DNA of 64,000 bases, from NCBI GenBank assembly GCA_033763455.1, contig JANRKO010000092.1:1-64000 (forward strand), given 5' to 3'. Below are positions 28,155 to 38,019 of this stretch, piece after piece. A program made the position numbers and the translations under genes. The stretch's first letter is position 1. Each line of letters opens with the position of its first letter. The notes beneath the pieces are model-generated. The model searched no databases. It was not told where the DNA came from and worked only from the letters and a program-made list of their open reading frames with translations. This DNA is from Polyangiaceae bacterium. GTDB taxonomy: Bacteria; Myxococcota_A; Polyangia; Polyangiales; Polyangiaceae.

Positions 28155-29461
28155 AAGGATCCAGGATCGGTGTGGGGGGGATCAATGGCGAGGTGAGTCG
28201 CAGAAAGCTGCTGTTTGGTGCGTCTGCGCTCACGGCGACCCTATTGCCAATGTTGGGCGCACGTGCAGAAGGGAGCTTACACCCTAAAAACATCCTGTTC
28301 GTCTATCATCCGAACGGGCTTGAGCCGGGTTGGGAAGGTGGGGGAGCCTCGGGGCCGCTAGTGCTCAATCCGATCCTGTCGGCACTTGAGCCGTTCAAAT
28401 CTCAGTTGGTGGTGTGTGGGGGCATCAAAGGAGGCACCGTCAACGAAGTGCAGGCGCATTCGGAAGGCACCACGTCTCTCTGGACGGGTTCACGCATCGC
28501 AGCTTCCGCGGATTTTGCAACCCACGCCTCGGTCGATCAGCTGCTAGCGCCCATGCTCGCCCCCACCCCGTTTCGCACGCTCGAATTTGGCGTACAATCG
28601 GTGCCGGATACGATCGATAACAGCCACGTAACGATTTATTCGGGTGCGGGCAAGCCGATCCAACCCGAAGATGATCCGAACGCAATGTTCGCCCGAGTGT
28701 TCTCAGGCGGAAAAGATCCGGCGACGTTGGCCCGTTTGAGGAGTGAACAAAAAAGTGTGTTCGATCTGGCACGCACCAGCCTTGATCGCATCCGTGCGAG
28801 CTACGGTATCGAGGAGCGCGCCAAGCTGGATGCCCACGAGCAGGCTCTGCGGGACGTTGAAAAACGGCTAGATTCGCTCAATGCCTGCCCTACGAGTTAT
28901 CAGAATCACCAGCTTTCGCTCGCCTCGCTCAAGAGTGACGATACGCAATTCGAAACTCTCGCGGGGTTGCAGACGGACCTGCTCGTAAACGCTCTTTCAT
29001 GCGGCCTCACTTCCGTGGCCAGCCTTCAGTATTCATACAGCACGAGCATGACGCGCTTCAAAGGCCAGCCCCCGCTCCATAGCGTCATGCATTCGGGCAC
29101 TACTTCCCAGAAGGTGGAGATCAATCGCTGGTTCGTGGAGGAGTTCGCGCGGCTGCTGCAAAAGCTCTCGAACACGAAATTCGAGAACGGAGCCTCCTTG
29201 CTGGACGAAACACTTGTGGTGTGGGGAAGTGAGATGGCGGTGGGCAATCACTTGAATGCACCCATTCCGTTCATTCTTGCCGGCGGCGGCACGAGTGGTT
29301 TCTTGAAGCTTGGTCGCTGGGTTAACTTGACCTCTCGCCCGCGCCACACGCGCCTCTTGGCCACACTGTTTGAAATCATGGGCGTGCCGCATTCTGGACC
29401 CATCGGTGATTTTACGGACGAAACGAGCGTCGGAATTCTGGAGGAGTTGAGCCGTGCGTAA
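28151..29461 (+). CDS. DUF1552-family Tat-exported protein, copy 2
   Basis: Tat signal SRRKLL, YHPNG, SVDQ, KLDAH, CGLT, HSVMH, LLDET and GNH. ATGA overlap with the upstream gene. Confidence 0.88.
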   Translation: MKGSRIGVGGINGEVSRRKLLFGASALTATLLPMLGARAEGSLHPKNILFVYHPNGLEPGWEGGGASGPLVLNPILSALEPFKSQLVVCGGIKGGTVNEVQAHSEGTTSLWTGSRIAASADFATHASVDQLLAPMLAPTPFRTLEFGVQSVPDTIDNSHVTIYSGAGKPIQPEDDPNAMFARVFSGGKDPATLARLRSEQKSVFDLARTSLDRIRASYGIEERAKLDAHEQALRDVEKRLDSLNACPTSYQNHQLSLASLKSDDTQFETLAGLQTDLLVNALSCGLTSVASLQYSYSTSMTRFKGQPPLHSVMHSGTTSQKVEINRWFVEEFARLLQKLSNTKFENGASLLDETLVVWGSEMAVGNHLNAPIPFILAGGGTSGFLKLGRWVNLTSRPRHTRLLATLFEIMGVPHSGPIGDFTDETSVGILEELSRA

Positions 29462-30275
29462 CTTCCCTTCAGCAATTTGGGTATTGGGAACCTTGATGGC
29501 CTGCTCAGGGCCCAAGGATGAAGGAACAGGGGCATTCTCAGCCACAATGGGGCCCGGTTCCGCCGGTACGAGCGCGCTCGACCCCACCAATTCCATAGGC
29601 AATGGCGGTGAATCCGTGGGAAGTAGTGCCGGTGCGTCCACAGGCAGTGGCGGTGCGCCCGGAGTTAGCGAAGCTACCCCTGTCGAGCCTACCCCTCTGC
29701 CTCCGCTTGCTCCGAAACCAGTAGCCGTTTGTGAAATTGGGAAGTCCGAAGCCTGTGCCTGCTCAAGTGGGGGGGCAGGGCTTCGCGTCTGCACTTCTCC
29801 CGACGGAGTATTTTCGGATTGTGGATGTGTGAGCAGTAGTGAACCGGCGCTCTATGTGCCGCGCCCGGCTCCCGTCGTTCATCAATGTGGGAGCATGACG
29901 TGCGCTCCTTATCCTGAGGAAGACACGGAGGTGGGAGCGAAGCATTGCTGCACCGCCCAAGTCACTTGCGGCAGCCAAGCATCGTTCATCTTTGGTGCCG
30001 CTTGCGTTGAGCGCGGTGGTGATCCCGGGGTGGCCTCGCCAGCCTGTCCCGGCGAAACTCCGGATTTTCTAGATCTTGCTGGCTGTTGTCGGCCAGATGG
30101 AAAGTGCGGGCTCAGTATCGATCGCGTCAACAATTGGGATGTGGGCTGCATTGAGCGGACGGAGATGGCTGCGCTCCTCAACGCAGGTTCCGGTGACCGC
30201 GACTTATTAACGGCGCTTTCGTTTCGGGCTGTCAAGAAAGCAGAATTTACGGCGATTTCGTGCGCTACCAAGTAG
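29454..30275 (+). CDS. Cys-rich lipoprotein
   Basis: Lipobox LMAC, Gly/Pro tether and CACSSG..C / CC motifs. Overlaps the DUF1552 stop. Confidence 0.75.
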   Translation: MRNFPSAIWVLGTLMACSGPKDEGTGAFSATMGPGSAGTSALDPTNSIGNGGESVGSSAGASTGSGGAPGVSEATPVEPTPLPPLAPKPVAVCEIGKSEACACSSGGAGLRVCTSPDGVFSDCGCVSSSEPALYVPRPAPVVHQCGSMTCAPYPEEDTEVGAKHCCTAQVTCGSQASFIFGAACVERGGDPGVASPACPGETPDFLDLAGCCRPDGKCGLSIDRVNNWDVGCIERTEMAALLNAGSGDRDLLTALSFRAVKKAEFTAISCATK

Positions 30276-30336
30276 GCGTACGGCACGTTCTCGCGCTGGA
30301 TGGCGGCGCCGGCATCGGAGACCAGCTCCGATGCGC

Positions 30337-33300
30337 TCACTCAGCCTCTGACCCAACTAGCGTGCCGGGATCGAGCAGCTTTTGAAGCTCGCTCTCTCCG
30401 CGGTCGCGAGGCCCGGTTTTTTTACGCTTCTTTACCCAGGCCAGCACGTCATCGACGAGGCTGTGAAACACCGGCACCGCGAGCAACGTGAGAAGGAGCG
30501 ACAACGTTTGCCCGCCCACAACGATGCTGGCAGTAGCTTTGTTGAAGCCGGAGCCAATACCCGAGGATAAAAGCAGTGGGCTCATGCCGGCGACGAATGC
30601 GACAGTGGTCATCAAGATGGGCCGCAACCTATCTCGATTGGCTTCCATCAAGGAATCGAAGTTGCTTCTCCCGAGCCTACGCAGGTGATTGGTGTGGTCC
30701 ACCTGCAGAATGCTGTTCTTTTTGACAACGCCGAACAGCACGAGCAACCCCAACATCGAGAACATGTTGATGCTCTGCCCAAAAATCGCCAAGCTCATGA
30801 ACGCAAAGGGGACAGTGAGCGGCAGCGACACCAAAATTATGACGGGATAGAGCCAGGATTCAAACTGCGCCGCCAAGATCAGATACATGAAGATAAATGC
30901 CATGCTCAGCGCTAGGAGGAACCCTGCAGCCGTTTCTTCCTGGGATTTGGAGCGCCCGGTGGGCCGAAGTTGGTACTCCTGCGGCAGGCCAAGCTTCTTG
31001 AATTCGGCATGTATGATATCGGCTACGTCGTTGTCGCCAGCACCTGCCGCGGCATTGGCCAAGAGCGTAATCTGACGCTCTCGGGCATAGCGATTTACCC
31101 GCGAAGGCCCCACTCCATTCTCCCACTTCACTACCGAGCTCAAGAGCACGCTGCCGTACTTGGTGGAAGGCACGCTCATAAGGGAAAGAGCGCTTTCGTC
31201 CATTCGGTACTTCTCATCCGCGCGGATCCGAATCTCATACTCTTCGCCACCTTCGGGGTAGGTAGAAGCCTTAACTCCCGCAACCAGCATTTGCAGCGTG
31301 CTTGCCACGTTGCGCACACTCACACCGAGATCCGCAGCGCGATCGCGATCAATACTCACCCGCACTTCTGGGCGCCCCGGAATGTTCGTGGTATCTACAT
31401 CTACCGCCTTGCCGCTCTTCTTTAGAGCCTCAACAATCTTGGCCGAGCCCTGTTCGAGAACGGAAAAATCCGAACCACTCATGATGTATTGCACACCCTG
31501 GGTATTGCCGCCCACCGCGATATCAGGCACCTCCGAGATGTTCATGCGCAGCTCCTTGGGTAAGCGGGGAAGCACGCGTTCGCGAGCCAGATCCATGATC
31601 TCAAATTGCGAAAGCTTGCGTTTGCCCGGATCTAGAAGATCTACATAGAGCTGCGCGTAGTTGCGAGAGCGCTGATCGTCTTCGGCTACAGTGATGAGAA
31701 CATGCGTGACGGCCGGCAACTGCTTGAGCAGCACGCTCGCACGTTCGGCAAAGAGCAACGTTTCCTCCGAACTCGTCCCTTCGGGGGCTCGCAGGGCGAC
31801 TTGGAACTTAGCTTTGTCGTCCAGAGGGAGGAACGAACCCGGTAAAGATTTAGCCACGGGCACACAGGTGGCCATGGTGAGCGAACAGGCCACGACAACC
31901 ACCCAACGCCGTGTGAGCGAGAACCGCAACATGGCAAGATACACGCGCTCAATCGGCCGGTAGCAGAAATCTACGATGCGCCCTAGGAAGTTCCCCTGTT
32001 GGTGACCCGTGAGCATGCGCGCCGCGAGCATGGGAGTGAGCGAGAAGCTCACGATCAGGGAGACGGCAATTGAAAACGCCATCGTGTACCCGAAGCTTTT
32101 GAGAAAACGCCCGGGAATGCCGCCGATGAAAGCCACAGGAATGAACACGGCCAAGAGAGAAAGCGTTGTAGCTAGAACCGCGAAGCCAATTTCTTTCGTG
32201 GCAAGCACTGCCGCGGGCATGGGCTTCATCGATTTTTCCTCGATGAAGCGCACAATATTCTCCAGCACCACGATGGCGTCGTCGATCACGATGCCCACCG
32301 CCAATGCGAGTGCCAGAAGTGTGATGTTGTTGAGCGTGTACCCCTGGAACCACATCAAAGCGAAGGTGCCGATGACGGAGATCGGGATCGCCAGTGCCGC
32401 AATGAGCGTGCTGCGCAGGTTGCCAAGAAATAGCAGCACGACGAGGGCGGCCAGAATTGCCCCCACGATCAAGTGTTCAATCACCGAGCTTACGCTGGTG
32501 CGGATGGTCTCCGAGTTGTCGCGGATTACGTCGAGCTGAACCCCGCGTGGCAGGCTTGTTTTGATCTGATTGAGCCGCTTACGGACATTATCGACAACTT
32601 CAATCGTGTTGGTGCCGGATTGCTTCACAATGGAGAGCACCACCGCCTCTTGTCCGTCGTAGCGGGCCAAGCTTTCGACGGCCTCCGCTCCATCTTCGAT
32701 CTGTGCCACGTCTGAAAGCCTCGAAATGCGGCCTTCTCGGGAGCCGAGCACGAGGTTACCAATCGCTTCCACCGAGCTTACGCGGCCGTCTATTCTGAGC
32801 GTTACGCTCTGCGGACCTGTTTCCAGGTTACCCCCCGGGGTGGTTAGGTTCTGCGATTGTAACGTATTCATTACGTCCATCGCGGTTAGGCCCGCGGCGC
32901 GCAGTGCTAAAGGATCCATCTTCACGTGGATCTGGCGTTCCCGGCCACCAATGATGGATACTTTCCCCACACCTAGGATGGTTTCCAGCTGGCGCCGCAC
33001 CTTCTTATCCGCCACCTCAGAAAGCTCTCGAAGCTCTCGGCCATCGCCTCGGATCGCCAAGTAAAGCACCGGAATCGCGCTGGGCTCCACTTTGCTGATG
33101 ATGGGCTGCTCGATGCCGCTCGGCAGGTCGCGCAAGACAGTATTTACCTTGTCGCGGACTTCCTGGGCCGCAACATTGGTGTCCTTATCGAGCTTGAATT
33201 GGATAATAACCTGCGAAACACCTTCGCTCGAAACGGAGTTTAAATCGTCAATCCCAGATATCTGATTAACGGCTCCTTCGATCTTATCCGTAACGTCTGT

Positions 33301-33483
33301 TTCCACCTCCCCTGGAGCCGCACCGGGCAGGCTCGTGGTGATGACCACGATGGGAATATCGACATTGGGGAATTGATCCACCCCGAGCGCTCGGTATCCC
33401 ACCGTGCCCAACACCAAAATCACTAACATCAACACAGAGGCGAATACCGGCCTCTGTACACAAACTCGCGCTAACCATTGCAT
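30337..33483 (-). CDS. RND efflux permease (AcrB/AcrD/AcrF family)
   Basis: 1048 aa. RPVFA, GIVIDDAIVVLENI, QFES, GVVKKNSIL and RLRPILMT. Confidence 0.97.
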   Translation of the reverse strand: MQWLARVCVQRPVFASVLMLVILVLGTVGYRALGVDQFPNVDIPIVVITTSLPGAAPGEVETDVTDKIEGAVNQISGIDDLNSVSSEGVSQVIIQFKLDKDTNVAAQEVRDKVNTVLRDLPSGIEQPIISKVEPSAIPVLYLAIRGDGRELRELSEVADKKVRRQLETILGVGKVSIIGGRERQIHVKMDPLALRAAGLTAMDVMNTLQSQNLTTPGGNLETGPQSVTLRIDGRVSSVEAIGNLVLGSREGRISRLSDVAQIEDGAEAVESLARYDGQEAVVLSIVKQSGTNTIEVVDNVRKRLNQIKTSLPRGVQLDVIRDNSETIRTSVSSVIEHLIVGAILAALVVLLFLGNLRSTLIAALAIPISVIGTFALMWFQGYTLNNITLLALALAVGIVIDDAIVVLENIVRFIEEKSMKPMPAAVLATKEIGFAVLATTLSLLAVFIPVAFIGGIPGRFLKSFGYTMAFSIAVSLIVSFSLTPMLAARMLTGHQQGNFLGRIVDFCYRPIERVYLAMLRFSLTRRWVVVVACSLTMATCVPVAKSLPGSFLPLDDKAKFQVALRAPEGTSSEETLLFAERASVLLKQLPAVTHVLITVAEDDQRSRNYAQLYVDLLDPGKRKLSQFEIMDLARERVLPRLPKELRMNISEVPDIAVGGNTQGVQYIMSGSDFSVLEQGSAKIVEALKKSGKAVDVDTTNIPGRPEVRVSIDRDRAADLGVSVRNVASTLQMLVAGVKASTYPEGGEEYEIRIRADEKYRMDESALSLMSVPSTKYGSVLLSSVVKWENGVGPSRVNRYARERQITLLANAAAGAGDNDVADIIHAEFKKLGLPQEYQLRPTGRSKSQEETAAGFLLALSMAFIFMYLILAAQFESWLYPVIILVSLPLTVPFAFMSLAIFGQSINMFSMLGLLVLFGVVKKNSILQVDHTNHLRRLGRSNFDSLMEANRDRLRPILMTTVAFVAGMSPLLLSSGIGSGFNKATASIVVGGQTLSLLLTLLAVPVFHSLVDDVLAWVKKRKKTGPRDRGESELQKLLDPGTLVGSEAE

Positions 33484-33510
33484 GCTCGCGACCTTTCCCT
33501 ATTCTGGAGC

Positions 33511-34647
33511 TCAGTTAACGCTCTGGCCGTTCCTAAGTTTGTCCGAGTAAACGCTCACAACTTTTTCGCCGAGGGCCACGCCCCGACGGACTGGAATGCG
33601 ATCTGCCACCGCGTCTGCGGGTTGAATCACGCGCTGCTCTAGCGTTGAACCATTCACGATAAGCACGTTCTGCTTGCCATTTTGCAGAAATACGGCTGTT
33701 TTAGGCACGGCGGGCAAATCTTCGTAGCCAATGGTGAGTTGGATGGCTGCAAACATACCGGGCAGAAGCTTTCTATCTGTGTTGGAAACAGCTGCCTCAA
33801 TCAGCACGTCTCGTGTTTGCCGGACCGCTCCAGAGATGTGCACCACACGGCCTGTAAATACCTGTGTCGGATAGGCAACCACGCGAAATGCCACTTCAGC
33901 ATCCTGGCGCACGTCCGGCCAGTTCTTCTCGGGCAAACTGAAACTTAGCCGAAGGTCATCCACCTTCGCGAGGGAAACTACTCGTGAGGCGGGCTGAACA
34001 TACTCCCCAACTTCCACGTAGCGCTCGGTGACAGTTCCTGAGAACGGCGAACGTATTACGCCATCGCCCACGTTTTTCGCGACGATGCTCTGCCTAGCTT
34101 CCGCCGCCTGCACGCTGAGCGGGGCCGTTTTGCACTTGGCCGTTACTTGGTCGTACTCGGCTGGAGTTACGGCTCCACTTTGTTTCAACTTCTCATAGCG
34201 TTCGCACTCCACCTGGCTGATCTCTTGCTGGGTGCGGGAGGCGTCCACCATCACGCGCGCTTCTGCTAACGCTAGAGCCGCCGCGCGCACATCGACGGTA
34301 GCCAGCACCATCCCTTCGGTCACGTTCTGGCCAGCTTCAACAGAAGTGGAGAGCACTCGGCCGGCTACGTTGGCCGCCAAATCAGCCTCTTTAGCCCCGC
34401 GTAGAGTTCCGGTGAGAAGCAGTACCTTCGGCGTCTTCACGGCCGTAACCGGCACTGTATCGACGTGAACTGGTGGCTCGGAAGGCTGCGATGCGGCGGC
34501 GGCTTCTTGCTTCTTACACGCAGGCAGTAGTTGGGTGCCGAGGGCGCTAAGCACCATCAGTGCGAGGGCCCTCTGCCAGGGTCGAGAGAAGGGGCGGCGG
34601 AGGGATTGGGGGAGCGTGAAGGGCAGCATTGGAACCTGGGGATTCAT
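33511..34647 (-). CDS. RND periplasmic adaptor (membrane fusion protein)
   Basis: Lipobox LPAC, lipoyl halves (VAGRV, IRSPFSGTV) and LLPGMF. Confidence 0.93.
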   Translation of the reverse strand: MNPQVPMLPFTLPQSLRRPFSRPWQRALALMVLSALGTQLLPACKKQEAAAASQPSEPPVHVDTVPVTAVKTPKVLLLTGTLRGAKEADLAANVAGRVLSTSVEAGQNVTEGMVLATVDVRAAALALAEARVMVDASRTQQEISQVECERYEKLKQSGAVTPAEYDQVTAKCKTAPLSVQAAEARQSIVAKNVGDGVIRSPFSGTVTERYVEVGEYVQPASRVVSLAKVDDLRLSFSLPEKNWPDVRQDAEVAFRVVAYPTQVFTGRVVHISGAVRQTRDVLIEAAVSNTDRKLLPGMFAAIQLTIGYEDLPAVPKTAVFLQNGKQNVLIVNGSTLEQRVIQPADAVADRIPVRRGVALGEKVVSVYSDKLRNGQSVN

Positions 34648-34674
34648 AGAAAATGGTGTACGCAGAAAAGGAGG

Positions 34675-35985
34675 CTATCGGATCTGTTGGGGAGCGCCGG
34701 CCGCAACCGGAGATTGTCCGGAAGCAATGCGCAGTAGTGCACGTGAAAAGGCAAGGTCAGCGTCTGCTTGAATCCGCGCCGCTTCGGCTTGGAAGGCGTC
34801 CCGCTGGCTCTGAGTAACATCCAGCTGGGTGAGCGTTCCTGCCTTGTAACGTTCCAAGGCCAGAGCCTCCGCTTTCTTGGAGGCTTCAGCTTGAGCACGA
34901 GCTGAGGCGCTTCTAGCGATCCCGCTCACCACGCGATGATATGCGTCAAAGATCGCATCATCCACGCCGCGCCGCACCCGAGCGGTGTGAATGCTTTGCG
35001 CTTCGCTTCCAAGTGCTTGGGCTTGGGCAGTCTTATAGGTGGAATAGTCCAAGCGCCAGGAAAGAACGGCCTGCAGGGCGTAGGTGCTGGAGTGGCCAGA
35101 AAACCCTCCGGCATTGGACACACGCTCCTGCGCATTGGCTGAAAGGGTCGGCAACAGGGCGGCTTTAGCGGCTTTTTCGCCTTCACGTGCCATTTCGCTG
35201 AGCGCGGCCTGCACGCGCTCTTCCGGCGTATCTTGGGCCGAGAGCCAAGCGCTGAGCGGTGGCTCGGCGTGCAGATCGTCAGTGAGGTAGCTGTCGGCGG
35301 GCGTGGGCGTGAGGCCGGTTAATGTCTGAAGTTGCCGCGCCACTGTTAGCCCAACAAGTTGCGCATCCGTAACGTCTTGTTTGGCGCGCTCAAGGTTCGC
35401 TCGAGCTCGCTCCTGATCGAGCTCCGAGGCAACGCCCAACTCGCGGCGGGTGTTGATGAACTTCAGATTATCTTCGGCGATGGCTAAGCTCCGCTTGGAT
35501 GCCTCGAACAGTGCTCCTGCACCCAGGAAGCTGAAGTAGAGGCGCGTTACAGCCTGATCAAGCCGGGCTCCAACCAGCGCCCGTTGCGATTCAGCAACGT
35601 CCGCAGCGCGTGAAGCCTGACGGTAGCGATGGTGGCTCGCCAAGTCCAGAATGGGTAAGTCGACTTGAAAAATGGCGTCGAGCTGATTCTGAGGTGTAAT
35701 GACGATGGAGGGGCCATTGGGCAGCGTAACGGCGGTCTCGTATTGGTTGCGCGTGTACACGCCACGTGCCGACACCGTAGGCAGAAGACGACCGAAAGCC
35801 GCCTCGCTTTCGAGGCTTCGCTGCCGAGCCGCAACGTCCGCCTCCCGGGCGTCAAAGCTTCTTGAGCGGGCTTGATTCAAGAACTCGGCGAGGGGCTGCA
35901 GAGCCCACGCTGAGCTGGAAATTAGCAAGATCCCGCAGAAAATAATCAATTGTGAGCTCCTGCTCAATAAATGTCTCAACAACAT
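34675..35985 (-). CDS. TolC-family outer membrane factor
   Basis: Signal peptide, duplicated LLPTV/LLPTL, LGVASELD and YKAGTLTQLDV. Confidence 0.92.
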   Translation of the reverse strand: MLLRHLLSRSSQLIIFCGILLISSSAWALQPLAEFLNQARSRSFDAREADVAARQRSLESEAAFGRLLPTVSARGVYTRNQYETAVTLPNGPSIVITPQNQLDAIFQVDLPILDLASHHRYRQASRAADVAESQRALVGARLDQAVTRLYFSFLGAGALFEASKRSLAIAEDNLKFINTRRELGVASELDQERARANLERAKQDVTDAQLVGLTVARQLQTLTGLTPTPADSYLTDDLHAEPPLSAWLSAQDTPEERVQAALSEMAREGEKAAKAALLPTLSANAQERVSNAGGFSGHSSTYALQAVLSWRLDYSTYKTAQAQALGSEAQSIHTARVRRGVDDAIFDAYHRVVSGIARSASARAQAEASKKAEALALERYKAGTLTQLDVTQSQRDAFQAEAARIQADADLAFSRALLRIASGQSPVAAGAPQQIR

Positions 35986-36029
35986 GGGGTACTCGTTGGT
36001 CCTACCTAGATCCTAATTCCTAAAGCCGC

Positions 36030-36725
36030 TCATCCTCGCTCAGCCCGCCGGTTCCGCGCAGGGGTGGCTGGTGAGCTGGGTTGCACTGCGCCGTTGAGCA
36101 ATAGATCGACGAAGCCTCGCACGAACATTCCCTCAGGGATCACCGCGCCTGGCTGATCGGCCATCAGGATGCGGCTCATGCAGTAGTGGTGAAGCGATCC
36201 GACAAAAGTACGAGCGAGCACTTCGGCGTCGAGGGGTCGCAGAGCTCCCCTCGCCATTTGAGACTCGAAGTAACTTCCGAGTTGTTTGATAAATGCCCTA
36301 AAATTTGCCCGATTTGCGTCACACGGGGTAGCGCCGCACAAATTCGGGTTCGACCAAGACATCATCATAAGAGGCAAGGCCGTGCGCCCGATCTCCAGCA
36401 GCGTAGTGGCAAGCTTTACGAGGGCATCCGAGAGGTCAAGCTCCGAAAGGTTGCCGAGCGCTTGCATCAACATTTGTGGGACGGCGTTCTGGTCGTGCTG
36501 CATGGCCGCGCTAAAGAGGCCCTCTTTGGACTTGAAGCGATGAAAGAGGGCCCCTTCGGAAACGCCAGCTCGTTCAGCCACCTCGGAAGTGGTCGCTCGG
36601 ATGCCGCGCTCCAAGAAAACTTCGCGCGCCACCTGGAGGAGCTTCTCCGAATCAATCGTCGGCGGGCGCCCCCGCTTGGGCACCTGTTTTGTGTTATTTG
36701 TCGGGGAAATGGCGACGCGGCGCAT
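36030..36725 (-). CDS. TetR/AcrR regulator
   Basis: RGRP, TTSEVAERAGVSEGALFHRFKSKEGLF. First gene of the efflux operon. Confidence 0.95.
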   Translation of the reverse strand: MRRVAISPTNNTKQVPKRGRPPTIDSEKLLQVAREVFLERGIRATTSEVAERAGVSEGALFHRFKSKEGLFSAAMQHDQNAVPQMLMQALGNLSELDLSDALVKLATTLLEIGRTALPLMMMSWSNPNLCGATPCDANRANFRAFIKQLGSYFESQMARGALRPLDAEVLARTFVGSLHHYCMSRILMADQPGAVIPEGMFVRGFVDLLLNGAVQPSSPATPARNRRAERG

Positions 36726-36736
36726 GCGTGGGGCCC

Positions 36737-36765
36737 TTTATTGAGTGAATGCTCAGTATTGTCAA
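36737..36765 (-). promoter_or_regulatory. Promoter with TetR operator
   Basis: On the minus strand TTGACA (36765-36760) is followed by the palindrome TACTGAG-N6-CTCAATA (36758-36739), just upstream of tetR. The -10 element is weak. Confidence 0.65.
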
Positions 36766-36838
36766 TAGGACGTAATTCAGGGCTGCCGTTACAACCCGCT
36801 TTGCGCGTACGCCGATTGCCGTTTAGGTTCGGCCCGCG

Positions 36839-38014
36839 ATGCACCCAAGCTATGTTAGTTCCCAGAACCGAGACGTCCCGCTTGGGCGCCCAGGGGAGTT
36901 TGGTCCCATTCAGCTAGGTGCGTTGAGCATCTCTCCTCCAGTGGTCCTCGCGCCCATGGCGGGAGTCACGAACTATCCGTTCCGGGCCCTCTGCAAACGC
37001 TTCGGTGCAGGCCTGTACGTGAGCGAAATGATCACCGCTCGCCCTTTGGTGGAAGGTCGCCAAAAGACGTTGCGCCTGGCGGATTTTGGGCCAGAGGAAA
37101 GCCCGCGTAGCCTTCAGCTTTATGGTGTGGATCCCCACTACGTAGGGGAAGCGGTTAAGTTGTTGGTGGGTGAGGGGCGAGTGGATCACATCGACATGAA
37201 CTTCGGCTGCCCGGTGCCCAAAGTTACACGCAAAGGTGGCGGCGCGGCTATCCCGCTCAAAGCGAACTTGCTGCGTTCCATCGTGCGAGCGGCCGTCCAG
37301 AATGCGGAAAAGATCCCTGTTACCATCAAATTTCGGCTTGGAATCGACGAAGAACACCTCACATTTCTGACCGCCGGGCGCATTGCTGAGGAAGAGGGGT
37401 GCGCGGCTGTTAGTCTGCATGCGCGTACGGCTGCGCAACTGTACGATGGTGAAGCGCGCTGGGATTCTATTGGGGAGCTGAAGCGTGCGGTGAAGATCCC
37501 GGTGCTTGGCAATGGGGACATCTGGGAGGCCTACGACGCGTTGCGCATGCTCCGGACAACGGGATGTGATGGCGTGGTGGTGGGGCGGGGATGCCTAGGT
37601 AGGCCGTGGTTATTTCGGGATTTAGCCTGCGTGTTTGAGGGCAAAGAGCCACCGGATCCGCCACGCCTCGGAGAGATAGGGCGCATCATGCTGGAGCACG
37701 CTCAGCTTCTTGCCGATTGGTGGGGTGAAGGGCCTGCCATGCGCGCGTTTCGTCGGCATGCCACCTGGTACACAAAGGGATTCCGCGGGAGCGCACAGCT
37801 TCGCCAGAGCCTAACGTTTGTGAACTCGATCGCGGAGCTTTCAGCCATTGTGGCCCAGATGGATCCGAATGAGCCCTTCCCAGCTTCGGCCATGCGGGTT
37901 CCTCGCGGCAAAGCGAGTGGCACTCAGCGAGTAGCGTTGCCCGACGGTTACCTGGATTCGCTGGAGGACTCAGTGCCGCCAGAGGATGAAGGGGATTTGC
38001 ATTCCGGCGGGTAG
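36839..38014 (+). CDS. dusB: tRNA-dihydrouridine synthase B
   Basis: LAPMAGVT, SEM, IDMNFGCPVPKV, HART, GNGDI and GRGCLGRPW. Confidence 0.92.
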   Translation: MHPSYVSSQNRDVPLGRPGEFGPIQLGALSISPPVVLAPMAGVTNYPFRALCKRFGAGLYVSEMITARPLVEGRQKTLRLADFGPEESPRSLQLYGVDPHYVGEAVKLLVGEGRVDHIDMNFGCPVPKVTRKGGGAAIPLKANLLRSIVRAAVQNAEKIPVTIKFRLGIDEEHLTFLTAGRIAEEEGCAAVSLHARTAAQLYDGEARWDSIGELKRAVKIPVLGNGDIWEAYDALRMLRTTGCDGVVVGRGCLGRPWLFRDLACVFEGKEPPDPPRLGEIGRIMLEHAQLLADWWGEGPAMRAFRRHATWYTKGFRGSAQLRQSLTFVNSIAELSAIVAQMDPNEPFPASAMRVPRGKASGTQRVALPDGYLDSLEDSVPPEDEGDLHSGG

Positions 38015-38019
38015 GGCGC

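Noticed and set aside
30337..36765. TetR-TolC-MFP-RND operon as a novelty
   Set aside because: A complete but conventional efflux operon.
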